Assembly (NCBI GenBank): GCA_031402635.1
Contig: JANNSM010000051.1
Coordinates: 1 to 34,694, forward strand
Source: Bacteroidota bacterium
Lineage (GTDB): Bacteria > Bacteroidota > Bacteroidia > Chitinophagales > BACL12
DNA: 34,694 nt
Direction of reading: 5' to 3'
Positions 16,989-24,965 of this stretch are shown piece by piece (positions within the stretch are counted from its first letter, which is position 1; every line of letters begins with the position of its first letter). Under the pieces are notes generated by a model. That model was not told the DNA's origin. It saw nothing but the letters and a program-made list of their open reading frames with translations, and did no database searches. The translations under genes were made by a program, and so were the position numbers.

Positions 16989-17657
16989 TCAGTGCAGACT
17001 TTTTTTTTCCTGGTTGATCGCTACCAGGTCCATGCCCGCCAGGGGCTCTGTGTAGGGCTGTGGTAATTCCGGAAAGTGCTCCAGGCGGTTCAGCCATCCG
17101 TTGAGGAACACTGCTTGTGACGGATCCGGTTGGAAGCGCCAGCTGCGGAATAATTCCGCGTAACCATTGGATTCGGGAAGCTGAGCGGCTCGAAACTGGT
17201 ACCAGGCGCTCCGGCTTTCCCGGTAGTCGTTGTGGACCTTGGCCTTGTCGGCTATGTTTGTTGCGCCGAGGGTTTTGTTGCCGAATATTCCGTCCACGAT
17301 CAGCGTTGCGCCGTTTACGTTTAATGCTGTTTGAAACAGCTTGACCGCCGTTCCCGGATGATTGACTTTCGCGTCCACCAGAATATTGGCCAGCGCCTGA
17401 TCGGCGATTTTGTCTGCCTTCACGCTGTCCCAAAACCAAGTTTTATAGATCTCATCGGCTTCGCTTTTTGTCAGGTTTCGCATGTCCGTTGCTGAAACCG
17501 AATACCCGCGCCAGGCTTCAAGAGTCTGTGCAGATATCCCCCAGTTTGTTCCCGCTAGCTCACCAAGGCTATTGTAGTTGCCTCGATCAGACGTGTGATT
17601 CTGATAGCCACCTTCGGCTTCAGCGAGCAGCGGAATGAATGCGTTAAAGCTGGCCAT
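16989..17657 (-). CDS. GH108 family muramidase (lysozyme) with peptidoglycan-binding C-terminal part; possible -1 frameshift extension to 16885
   Basis: EGGY.N...D.G...T.WGI, D..VN, DG..G.KTL and F..GW..R motifs. Confidence 0.9.
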   Translation of the reverse strand: MASFNAFIPLLAEAEGGYQNHTSDRGNYNSLGELAGTNWGISAQTLEAWRGYSVSATDMRNLTKSEADEIYKTWFWDSVKADKIADQALANILVDAKVNHPGTAVKLFQTALNVNGATLIVDGIFGNKTLGATNIADKAKVHNDYRESRSAWYQFRAAQLPESNGYAELFRSWRFQPDPSQAVFLNGWLNRLEHFPELPQPYTEPLAGMDLVAINQEKKSLH

Positions 17658-17665
17658 TGATCAGG

Positions 17666-17806
17666 TTAGGGTGCCGGCTGTGCGGTCACATCACCGCTCG
17701 ATGCGGTTTTGGAGGAATCAATCATGCCCTGGATGTAGTTGGCCAGCAGAACGGCCACAATGCCTACGGCCAGAGTAATCAGATAGGGAGCGATTTTTTT
17801 GAACAT
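17666..17806 (-). CDS. 46-aa membrane protein (not in ORF track)
   Basis: MFKKIAPYLITLAVGIVAVLLANYIQGMIDSSKTASSGDVTAQPAP*. Confidence 0.75.
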   Translation of the reverse strand: MFKKIAPYLITLAVGIVAVLLANYIQGMIDSSKTASSGDVTAQPAP

Positions 17807-17820
17807 GGGATTGGTTTTGG

Positions 17821-18234
17821 TTAAAGACTTAATCGTGTCAACCGGTCATAGACCTCGTTGCGTAGTGAAATGGATGAAGGCCAAATCAGCCATTCGTTGC
17901 CGACAAAGCTTCGAATGGTGGGATGCTCCTGGTCTCCGTAAATCATCCGAAAGGCATTGTTCACTTCGATGAACTCTGCATCGGTTAAATCCAGGATCAT
18001 ATTCATGGCAGCCTGAAATGCGCCATAGCTTGTCGGGCCTTCCAGGGCAAGCCGGAGCTCGGTTGCAATGTTGTTAGCGTCAAATGTGGGACCGATCAGT
18101 GGGTTTCCTTCATAATCCTGCGGCACGTAACCGGCAGGCTCGGTATACACAAATTGGTAAACCAGATAAAGAACAATGGCGATAGCTGCTGCGCCAATAA
18201 TCCATGCTTGATACTTTTTCCAAAATGTGCTCAT
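17821..18234 (-). CDS. N-terminally anchored membrane protein (137 aa)
   Basis: N-terminal TM followed by a helical domain. ATGA coupling. Confidence 0.75.
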   Translation of the reverse strand: MSTFWKKYQAWIIGAAAIAIVLYLVYQFVYTEPAGYVPQDYEGNPLIGPTFDANNIATELRLALEGPTSYGAFQAAMNMILDLTDAEFIEVNNAFRMIYGDQEHPTIRSFVGNEWLIWPSSISLRNEVYDRLTRLSL

Positions 18235-18344
18235 ACCGGAATCTGGTTGAAAACGTAATCGTCACTTTTTTGAGTGGCTTGATTAACCACATACCAAACC
18301 ACTAGCAGCACCAGGCCGCCAAGGATCCAATACCGATACTTCAT
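18231..18344 (-). CDS. 37-aa membrane protein (not in ORF track)
   Basis: MKYRYWILGGLVLLVVWYVVNQATQKSDDYVFNQIPV*. TAATG and ATGA overlaps on the two sides. Confidence 0.8.
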   Translation of the reverse strand: MKYRYWILGGLVLLVVWYVVNQATQKSDDYVFNQIPV

Positions 18345-18436
18345 TAAAGCACCCATTCGAGCAGCGGAAGATTTTTAAGACCGTACCATGCCAGCACAAT
18401 CAGGATTAACAGAATGAACCAGGGAACAGGAATCAT
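18344..18436 (-). CDS. 30-aa membrane protein (not in ORF track)
   Basis: MIPVPWFILLILIVLAWYGLKNLPLLEWVL*. TAATG overlap with the next gene. Confidence 0.75.
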   Translation of the reverse strand: MIPVPWFILLILIVLAWYGLKNLPLLEWVL

Positions 18437-18442
18437 GGGCAG

Positions 18443-18757
18443 TTATTTAGCAGAGTATTTTGTGTACACCGCATACTTACCATTTGAGGATCGTCCATTG
18501 CCCTTGTGTTTTCCCGTACGGGCAGTGGAAGCGCTGGCAAGATGAACGGACAGCGAGCCATGCTTCAGCGATTTTTTTCGCTTGACATAGAATGCCTTCA
18601 GTTTCTCCGCGCCGGCTTTTAGCGGAAACACATGTTGCAGCTCCAGTCGTTTCCCGCCAACAGTTTTATATGTCGGCCACGATGACGGCTTTTTGCTCGC
18701 CGGGCGCTTGGCCGCTGTCTTCTTTTTGCCCGGCTTGGGTTTATTGGTGTTGGCCAT
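18443..18757 (-). CDS. Highly basic protein (possible genome-condensing/core protein)
   Basis: 104 aa, very K/R-rich with almost no acidic residues, inside the structural operon. Confidence 0.65.
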   Translation of the reverse strand: MANTNKPKPGKKKTAAKRPASKKPSSWPTYKTVGGKRLELQHVFPLKAGAEKLKAFYVKRKKSLKHGSLSVHLASASTARTGKHKGNGRSSNGKYAVYTKYSAK

Positions 18758-18759
18758 GA

Positions 18760-18831
18760 TTATCGTCTTGCGATCAGGTAGGTGACTACTACGGCTACCA
18801 GGATCCAGTAAACGGGAATGCGATTGTTCAC
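18760..18831 (-). CDS. 23-aa membrane microprotein (not in ORF track)
   Basis: GTG start, MNNRIPVYWILVAVVVTYLIARR*. Ends 2 nt before the next ATG. Confidence 0.65.
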   Translation of the reverse strand: MNNRIPVYWILVAVVVTYLIARR

Positions 18832-18843
18832 TTCCTTCGATTT

Positions 18844-19161
18844 TTACGGGTAATCAATTATGTCCCAATCCTCTTCGTTCTCCATCCACCACATTGCCTC
18901 CACGGGCAGTTGGGCTTCCACGGTGCGGTTGGCTTTGGCTGCCTGTTCGTTGACGTGCAGCATCCAGTCCGGATCGGCACTGATCATGTCAATTCGCTTT
19001 TGCAGATATGGCTGAAAGGCCGGATCCAGGCGGGAGACTGGCATGCCTGGTCCCATGGGCACGGTCTCTGGCTCCGTTTCTGAAAATCCCAGAACCCAAA
19101 CGGCCGCCACCACTGCGCAAAGCACGAAGAAGCCCAGAAGGAACAGGATCGTTTTGCTCAT
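18844..19161 (-). CDS. N-terminally anchored membrane protein (105 aa)
   Basis: N-terminal TM, ATGA coupling. Confidence 0.75.
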   Translation of the reverse strand: MSKTILFLLGFFVLCAVVAAVWVLGFSETEPETVPMGPGMPVSRLDPAFQPYLQKRIDMISADPDWMLHVNEQAAKANRTVEAQLPVEAMWWMENEEDWDIIDYP

Positions 19162-19385
19162 TTTACGGTCACCGTTAACACCTCCAATTCATCGCGTCTT
19201 TTCCCGGGAGTGGACGACATTAAGTCGTTGGCATTGTAGGTTACATACTGGCTCCCATCAATGGTTTTCGGTGGCATAGGCAGCTCGCTCGTGTAGTAAA
19301 CATCCTCCTGTGTTGTGTACCACCAAATGGCCACACCCAGCAGGATTGAAACCAAAACCACCGGTATGATCACCTTCCAATTCAT
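19158..19385 (-). CDS. N-terminally anchored membrane protein (75 aa)
   Basis: N-terminal TM, ATGA coupling. Confidence 0.75.
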   Translation of the reverse strand: MNWKVIIPVVLVSILLGVAIWWYTTQEDVYYTSELPMPPKTIDGSQYVTYNANDLMSSTPGKRRDELEVLTVTVK

Positions 19386-19633
19386 GCACCAAGATTAGTT
19401 GGTATGCCATTTTTATCCACGCCACTGTATGCACTCAAATCAGTACCGCCATAACCAGCAAGAACACCGGATTGGATGGAAACGGCCGTTGCGTCCACAA
19501 GAAGCAGATTTGGATCGCTACGTCCTGAATCCTCGCCTGCTTCATAGGAAGACGGCGGAGCGTAAATCAGAAAGTACCAGGCTGCCACTGCCAAGGCGAT
19601 TGCACCGAGTATCCACCAGTGTGTGCTTTTCAT
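19382..19633 (-). CDS. N-terminally anchored membrane protein (83 aa)
   Basis: N-terminal TM WWILGAIALAVAAWYFLIY. Confidence 0.75.
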   Translation of the reverse strand: MKSTHWWILGAIALAVAAWYFLIYAPPSSYEAGEDSGRSDPNLLLVDATAVSIQSGVLAGYGGTDLSAYSGVDKNGIPTNLGA

Positions 19634-19635
19634 GC

Positions 19636-19917
19636 CTACTTGTTAAGGGTCTGAATGAGGTAAGGCTTTAGTTTGACCGTATAGTTTCCGGCCTGGTCAT
19701 TGAAGGGCACCTTAATGGCCTGTCGCAGCAAATCTGCTCTCTGGTTGTTCCATAGCTCGGTGAGCGCCTCCACAACCTGATCACTGTTAAGCTCCACCTG
19801 CTCAGGCAAAATGCCCAACTCAAAAAGCCTTTTTGAAACAGCTACCGGATTGTTGTCAGCAATCACGGTGATGGCAAATTCCACCTGCTTGAGCTGCATG
19901 CCGGGAGATTGGATCAT
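19636..19917 (-). CDS. Small soluble helical protein (93 aa)
   Basis: First gene after the capsid candidate, tightly packed. Confidence 0.65.
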   Translation of the reverse strand: MIQSPGMQLKQVEFAITVIADNNPVAVSKRLFELGILPEQVELNSDQVVEALTELWNNQRADLLRQAIKVPFNDQAGNYTVKLKPYLIQTLNK

Positions 19918-19930
19918 GGCTTGAGCTTTG

Positions 19931-19961
19931 GCCCCCCTGGCGTGTACTTAACCAGGGGGGC
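19931..19961. terminator. Strong GC hairpin downstream of the capsid candidate (stabiliser or partial terminator)
   Basis: GCCCCCCTGG-N11-CCAGGGGGGC perfect 10-bp stem. No U-tract on the coding strand. Confidence 0.55.
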
Positions 19962-19996
19962 TCTCTCTTGGTTTTATTTCGCAGGGCTGCCGCTTA

Positions 19997-20641
19997 CTAG
20001 GTCAAGCGGGACAGAACGGCTTTGATGAAGAACAACAGGTTCACCGTCTGGGATGGATTAATCCGCAGGCGAAGCGCTGTGTTGCCGTCCAGGATCACGT
20101 TGCAGGGCAGTGTCAACAAATCGCTTTGAAACTGCGTGTTGCGCTGTGCCATCGCCGGGGTAATGGTGTCCGTGTTGCGGCTGCCATCCAAGTCAATTCG
20201 GTCAAAGCGCACGTTATTGAATGCGCTGTCGCTGGCTTTGTAGTTGAAGCCGACAAACTGAATCGGGTTGGCCTCCACGGACTTCTTCACTGCATTGTAG
20301 GGTGCTGTGACTCCGGTCACGGTGATGTTGGCGTTCTGAACGTATGCCTCCGTGTCGGTGATAAAACCGAAAGCGTCAAAAAGGATGATGTCGTAAGCCG
20401 TCACTGCGGATGCGTTCACAATGGAAACCTCGAAAGTATCGGGGCTTGGACGCATCGGCGGCAGCATCGTGTTCTGATTGGGATCGTTCCGCTTGAATGA
20501 AACCGGTACCGGTACGGAGGGAACGCTGTTGCCGTTCTGGCTCGCCGCGCCAAGGCGGCCGCGAATCCTGCCGGCATTGTTCTGGAGCTGACCTGCAAAT
20601 TGCCGGCCACGCCCACGCTGCGACATCACTTCATTTGCCAT
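19997..20641 (-). CDS. Putative major capsid protein (basic N-terminal arm plus ~150-aa beta-rich domain)
   Basis: Two genes downstream of the packaging ATPase, with its own promoter and a 3' hairpin. R/G-rich N-arm and alternating hydrophobic beta-strand pattern. Fold is inferred. Confidence 0.55.
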   Translation of the reverse strand: MANEVMSQRGRGRQFAGQLQNNAGRIRGRLGAASQNGNSVPSVPVPVSFKRNDPNQNTMLPPMRPSPDTFEVSIVNASAVTAYDIILFDAFGFITDTEAYVQNANITVTGVTAPYNAVKKSVEANPIQFVGFNYKASDSAFNNVRFDRIDLDGSRNTDTITPAMAQRNTQFQSDLLTLPCNVILDGNTALRLRINPSQTVNLLFFIKAVLSRLT

Positions 20642-20691
20642 GAATAACTGTAATTGGTTTGGAATTGATCGAAGTTTGATCAGTGTGGGCC

Positions 20692-20724
20692 CAAACCTAT
20701 AACCACGGCAGGACGCAACACAAC
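20692..20724 (-). promoter_or_regulatory. Bacteroidota sigma-A type promoter for the structural operon
   Basis: Minus strand GTTG-N21-TAGGTTTG, against the consensus TTTG-N19-21-TAnnTTTG. About 50 nt upstream of the ATG at 20641. Confidence 0.6.
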
Positions 20725-20762
20725 ACGATGTATGTTTTTAACCGGAGTGTTCTATAAATACG

Positions 20763-21206
20763 CTACTCGATAGTATTCAAATAATCAAGGCCAATACGAA
20801 CTGACTTTTGCACCTGCTTAGCGGCCATCGGATCAAGTGCCTTCAGATCATTTTTTCGAACCCGGCAGGTTTCCCCGGTTTCGAACCATACAAAAACCTC
20901 CTTTGGACTCTTTGGCCGTCTGCTGGTAACTAACCAGCACGGGAGTCCTACGAACTGACGATTTCTACTGTCTCCCATGTACCGATACTGCCTGCCCAAC
21001 TTGGGTTTGGGCTCAGGAATACTGATTTGAATGCTGTATCCAGTGCGTTGAAGCTCGCGGATCCACGTCCAGACGCGCACCGTGTACCATGCATTAGCCG
21101 GTACAATAACCGTGTGATTTTTAGAGGAGATTTTAACGCCGGCTTTGCGAAGGCTGTAATGCAAGTCATAACGGCGCTGATTGGCTGTAGTGGCATGTGA
21201 CGGCAT
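20763..21206 (-). CDS. Basic hypothetical protein (147 aa)
   Basis: Starts 2 nt after the ATPase stop. RRYDLHYSLRKAG N-terminus. Confidence 0.65.
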   Translation of the reverse strand: MPSHATTANQRRYDLHYSLRKAGVKISSKNHTVIVPANAWYTVRVWTWIRELQRTGYSIQISIPEPKPKLGRQYRYMGDSRNRQFVGLPCWLVTSRRPKSPKEVFVWFETGETCRVRKNDLKALDPMAAKQVQKSVRIGLDYLNTIE

Positions 21207-21208
21207 GG

Positions 21209-21835
21209 CTAGCGGATAATTTCGTGATAATGAGGATTGGCTTGTGAGAGACGCTGGATCCTGTCGTGGGCGGCCAGTACTTGTGTTGGGTTGGCCAACA
21301 TTCGCTTGCGATCATCAATTGGTCTGGCGATCCGGAATAGCACGATGTCAGTGGAAAACTGAAAGAACTTCGGCGGCACATCCTGAAATGAATGCGCTAC
21401 CACGAAAATGTCCAGCATATACTGTCGTCTTCTGATCAGCAGTTGGTGGAGCTCGTCTTCCAGGTTTGCTTTCAGGTAAGTCCTGCAATCGTCAAAGACT
21501 AAGATGCCATTTCGATAGAAGTTTCTTAAGAGCCTGAGTGTGGCATCATCGTGCTGAGCCCAGTTTATCCTACGGATTCCCTGAAACGCCATCATTTCCG
21601 ACCGGTCGGCCGGATCAATTTCCTTAAATGATTGCCAAACACGTTCCGCATTTTCAAAGTCAACAACCAATACCCGGCGGAAGCCTTTGACGGCCTGTAC
21701 TACTTTAAAAAGGTAGGTTGTCTTACCGGTACCATTGGTGCCAATCACGAGTGCCTGGCGCGTTGTCCTGGGCTTTTCTTGCTGCACCTCTGCCACGGGT
21801 TTCGTTCTGGACTTGCGCTTACTCGGCTGTGGCAT
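21209..21835 (-). CDS. FtsK/HerA-superfamily (A32-like) genome-packaging ATPase
   Basis: Walker A GTNGTGKTT, Walker B ILVFDD, then RRRQ (arginine finger) and IFVVAH strand, then IVLFR. 208 aa, no TM and no nuclease domain. Confidence 0.8.
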   Translation of the reverse strand: MPQPSKRKSRTKPVAEVQQEKPRTTRQALVIGTNGTGKTTYLFKVVQAVKGFRRVLVVDFENAERVWQSFKEIDPADRSEMMAFQGIRRINWAQHDDATLRLLRNFYRNGILVFDDCRTYLKANLEDELHQLLIRRRQYMLDIFVVAHSFQDVPPKFFQFSTDIVLFRIARPIDDRKRMLANPTQVLAAHDRIQRLSQANPHYHEIIR

Positions 21836-22310
21836 CAGTTATCTTAACTTTTGAAGTGCGACGCTGCCAGGCAAGCAGGAGTAGTGGGGTATAGCTGACC
21901 AGGAGTAATCCGATGAAATAAGTTTCCGCACTAAACCGGCTTTCCCACTTATGCATGACCTTCTCGAGCAGCCGCGCGAGCTCTTTGCGCCGCTTTTCTT
22001 TAAGCGTGTACCGCTCGTAATCATGCGAGCGATCAATAGCGCCGCAGGCCATCCCAAATCCTGTATCCAGGATGTACATCAGCGTTTCAGCCTCGAGCTC
22101 AAGCCCCTCGAACTTGGGCTCTCCACTTTCTGTCTGATCATCTAAAGAATCTTCATCGGCTGTTGGGGAATCGAAGAGCTCCGGTTCGCGCTTTAGTTCA
22201 TCGGCCAAATCCTCTGGCTCAATAATGATCGGATCGGTATTCCCATAGATTTCATCAATGCTCGGCTTGCCTTTGTCGGCCGTCCGATCGTTGTGCTTTT
22301 CAGTACTCAT
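21819..22310 (-). CDS. Acidic protein with C-terminal TM, directly upstream of the ATPase (possible packaging-vertex membrane protein)
   Basis: Likely start MSTEKH at 22310. D/E-rich N-half and TM YFIGLLLVSYTPLLLLAW. Confidence 0.65.
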   Translation of the reverse strand: MSTEKHNDRTADKGKPSIDEIYGNTDPIIIEPEDLADELKREPELFDSPTADEDSLDDQTESGEPKFEGLELEAETLMYILDTGFGMACGAIDRSHDYERYTLKEKRRKELARLLEKVMHKWESRFSAETYFIGLLLVSYTPLLLLAWQRRTSKVKITDATAE

Positions 22311-22668
22311 CCGGAGTGCTTTTGGGTTTGGAGGACGGTGCAAGGGATTGTGGAGCTGCTTCTTCGGGTGGCGCGATGAGTCGCCCTGGAATGCTTTTAA
22401 CCGTGTATGGTTCACCCAGTGTTCTGCGGATCTGACCGGTTTCACTCACGGTTACTACGTACAGGCAAATCTTATCTGCATTAACAACCGTGTTTAGGGC
22501 AATGTGGTGCTCTCCAGGTTGCAGATTGTCTAATTCCAACTTTCTGAGCCAGGCTACCAGGTGTGGCTCTGCGTGCTCCAGGAGCGGAGCAAGGTCAGCA
22601 GGACCGATGTTGCCTTTTAAGATTTTAGGGGCCAGTCCCATCAGGATAGCCGGTATGCTCTTACTCAT
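22300..22668 (-). CDS. Hypothetical protein (122 aa)
   Basis: ATGA coupling, same operon. Confidence 0.65.
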   Translation of the reverse strand: MSKSIPAILMGLAPKILKGNIGPADLAPLLEHAEPHLVAWLRKLELDNLQPGEHHIALNTVVNADKICLYVVTVSETGQIRRTLGEPYTVKSIPGRLIAPPEEAAPQSLAPSSKPKSTPDEY

Positions 22669-22946
22669 GTTTCGTGTTTTGGTAGGATGAATCGGTAAAC
22701 CTTGCCGTTCTGAGCGGTGGGAACCAATTCCATGCGCAAATGCCCAAGGGCCTGGTAAGTTCTGCCGATGCGGATAATGTTGCGTCGCAGGAGTTGTCGC
22801 TGGTAGCCGCTCATGCGCTCACCGCGACGGATCATCATATGGGCGGTCAGCTCGGCCGTGGTCATTGGCTTAGGGGAGCCATCCAGGATCTCTTTAATCA
22901 GCAGGGCTAAACGAAGGCTGTAATTACCCTTATGCTCGACGCTCAT
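22665..22946 (-). CDS. Winged-helix-like DNA-binding protein
   Basis: Helix, PMTTAEL, helix, G-hL, beta-hairpin (KVYRF) pattern. Confidence 0.5.
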   Translation of the reverse strand: MSVEHKGNYSLRLALLIKEILDGSPKPMTTAELTAHMMIRRGERMSGYQRQLLRRNIIRIGRTYQALGHLRMELVPTAQNGKVYRFILPKHET

Positions 22947-23013
22947 GGGTCAAAAATACCCCGAGAAACTCTTTAAAGGAGTATTTTGAGCATTACATGA
23001 TTAATTTTGAGCA

Positions 23014-23481
23014 ATGTTGCGCACACAAAACATTAAAATCGCCGTCAACAAGGGTGCCCGGGTGACCCTGGTTCTGGCCATTCCGCGCTTCCTGGGGCCT
23101 TCGGAATTCTTTAAAACAACGCTACTGAGCCAGAATAAAGAACTGGCTGAACGCCACATGGAGGTGATCCGCGAGGTGGTAGAAAACAGAGCATCCTGGA
23201 GAACCACTAAAAAAGGAGCCTTGGTTTTCTTCCCAAAATCGGTGCCCCAGACCTCGGCCATCATGAAAGCTATTCCGGATCCAGAAATGGAGGACTCAAC
23301 TCCGGAGGTTGAAAAGTCCGCGCGAAAATCACCTAAAAAACCACCGGTGATTGCAGATCCAGTGCCGGACGCTCCTGCAGAATCTTCGGGACCATCCCCG
23401 CCTAAAGCCGATCCACCCCAGGATAAAGATCCAAAGCTTGATAAGGGCTGGTGGTCTCCCTTTAAACCATTCGATTCCTAA
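23014..23481 (+). CDS. Hypothetical protein with P-rich disordered C-terminus
   Basis: 155 aa ORF divergent from the packaging operon, ending in an aromatic GWWSPF motif. Confidence 0.6.
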   Translation: MLRTQNIKIAVNKGARVTLVLAIPRFLGPSEFFKTTLLSQNKELAERHMEVIREVVENRASWRTTKKGALVFFPKSVPQTSAIMKAIPDPEMEDSTPEVEKSARKSPKKPPVIADPVPDAPAESSGPSPPKADPPQDKDPKLDKGWWSPFKPFDS

Positions 23482-23498
23482 CCACTTAATTAATCCAC

Positions 23499-23831
23499 AT
23501 GGCCATCAAAAACAGCAATGGAATTCGGCAAACGAAACCCTCCAGAGTAGCTAAAATCCGAAAAGCGGCACTTGCTAATCCGGGAATGACCAAAGAAGAG
23601 CGTGCGCCCTATACCCATCTTACCAAAGAGCAAAGTGAATCTTCGCCTGGCCTTGCGCCGACATTCGCAGAAACCAGAGAGGAAAAGCGTGAGCTGTACC
23701 AACTCATCGCACAGGCACCTTCTGTGGATGTATTGGTAAGGTGTGGAGACAGCATTTGGCACATTAAAAACGCTCCGCCAAATCCACATATTCTCAGGGC
23801 TTTAGGCGCCGACTATGAGCGCACCCAGTAA
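23499..23831 (+). CDS. Hypothetical protein (110 aa)
   Basis: ATG start 17 nt after the previous stop, followed by a terminator. Confidence 0.6.
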   Translation: MAIKNSNGIRQTKPSRVAKIRKAALANPGMTKEERAPYTHLTKEQSESSPGLAPTFAETREEKRELYQLIAQAPSVDVLVRCGDSIWHIKNAPPNPHILRALGADYERTQ

Positions 23832-23854
23832 TTGGCGGTTTCGGTGCAGTTTAG

Positions 23855-23883
23855 AAAACCCCGGTCTATTTGGCCGGGGTTTT
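23855..23883. terminator. Bidirectional terminator
   Basis: AAAACCCCGGT-CTATTT-GGCCGGGGTTTT between convergent genes. Confidence 0.8.
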
Positions 23884-24790
23884 ATTCAGACGAACCTGTG
23901 ACATATGCGTTGCCCAGGTTGTTTTCAACAATTTTTACAGCATCAGTGCTAGCAAAAGTGAGCATATAGGCGTGATGAATTGAAAGCACCAAGTCTTGTA
24001 ATGTGTTGTCCTGCTCCAGTGCCTGAACCTTTAGTTTAAGCTTGTCGCGGCAGTAGTCTATGCCCAAATGACGACTATGGCTCTTCGTCTCTCTGTGGTC
24101 ACACAATAACTCTGATGCTGTGGTGGCCAAGTCAGACGCATTTGGCAGACTAGCAAACATTACTTGCTCTAGGTTTTCCTTGGTCGCTGATCTAGACCAC
24201 TCTACCGCTGATTGACACCCTACGACCAATGTAAGGGGGAACCGGCTGATAAGGACTTGCGCTAGGGCAACTAAATCCGGATCGCTTTTCGCCAGATTTT
24301 GAACGCTTTCAAACTCCTCAAGTATCGCCATGGCTGCAGCATAACCCTGGCCTGGTATAAAAATTTGTGGGTCTATTGGCCCGAGACTCGACTGCTTACC
24401 CATCCATATTTCCTTACTGGCACAGGCTATCGAAGTACCGGCGGACATTGCGATTTGTGGTACAAATGTCCTTATGTCAGAATTGAACATTTGCTTTAAA
24501 TACTGCATTATAGATTCTGAGGCTGCAATGTCGCCCCCTAGTGTATGTAGGATTAAATCCAAGCCGCGGTCACGGTTCTGAAGACCATGAACAACCGACA
24601 TAAATGCATTCATATCGGCATCTAATATCTGGCATGCAGGATCATGGCTTTTACTTAAAAACCCAGCATAATAACAAATTGTGTGGCGCCCAGTATAGCT
24701 CGATAATTGACCAATGTAATCTTTCCTAACCTGGTCATGCGGCAAGGGAATTGATCTTGCTCTCTCAACAATTTCATTCCAACTAGGCAT
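23882..24790 (-). CDS. ClpP-fold serine protease, SDH family (accessory)
   Basis: Start MPSWNEI at 24790. LDLILHT.GG, AMSAGT, S.LGPIDPQ and SH.R motifs. Confidence 0.85.
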   Translation of the reverse strand: MPSWNEIVERARSIPLPHDQVRKDYIGQLSSYTGRHTICYYAGFLSKSHDPACQILDADMNAFMSVVHGLQNRDRGLDLILHTLGGDIAASESIMQYLKQMFNSDIRTFVPQIAMSAGTSIACASKEIWMGKQSSLGPIDPQIFIPGQGYAAAMAILEEFESVQNLAKSDPDLVALAQVLISRFPLTLVVGCQSAVEWSRSATKENLEQVMFASLPNASDLATTASELLCDHRETKSHSRHLGIDYCRDKLKLKVQALEQDNTLQDLVLSIHHAYMLTFASTDAVKIVENNLGNAYVTGSSE

Positions 24791-24965
24791 TTTTATATGA
24801 AATTGGTTGAGTGGTGTTGGAAAGCCAGTACTTGGCTTTTTTTGTTGACTTAGGCACGGGCTTAAACCGTAGAAACTTTGACAGTAACTCAATCCTGTTG
24901 GTCTCAGATTCTATGCCCAGGTCCTTAAAAATTTGATTAATCTCCTCTGCTGTTGTTCTTTTCAT
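24783..24965 (-). CDS. Small basic protein coupled to the SDH protease (60 aa)
   Basis: ATG start, overlaps the protease start by 8 nt. Confidence 0.5.
   Translation of the reverse strand: MKRTTAEEINQIFKDLGIESETNRIELLSKFLRFKPVPKSTKKAKYWLSNTTQPISYKNA

Noticed and set aside
17010-17439. N-terminal part of ORF 16885-17439 as an independent gene
   Set aside because: It overlaps the well-supported GH108 frame and looks like off-frame sequence. Only the TM tail after the A9 run is meaningful.
21209-21835. ATPase as terminase, conjugative VirB4/VirD4 or inovirus pI/Zot
   Set aside because: Too short, with no nuclease domain or TM. No relaxase or T4SS genes and no HUH Rep are evident, and the muramidase and element size do not fit an inovirus. 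Not fully excluded without an HMM search.
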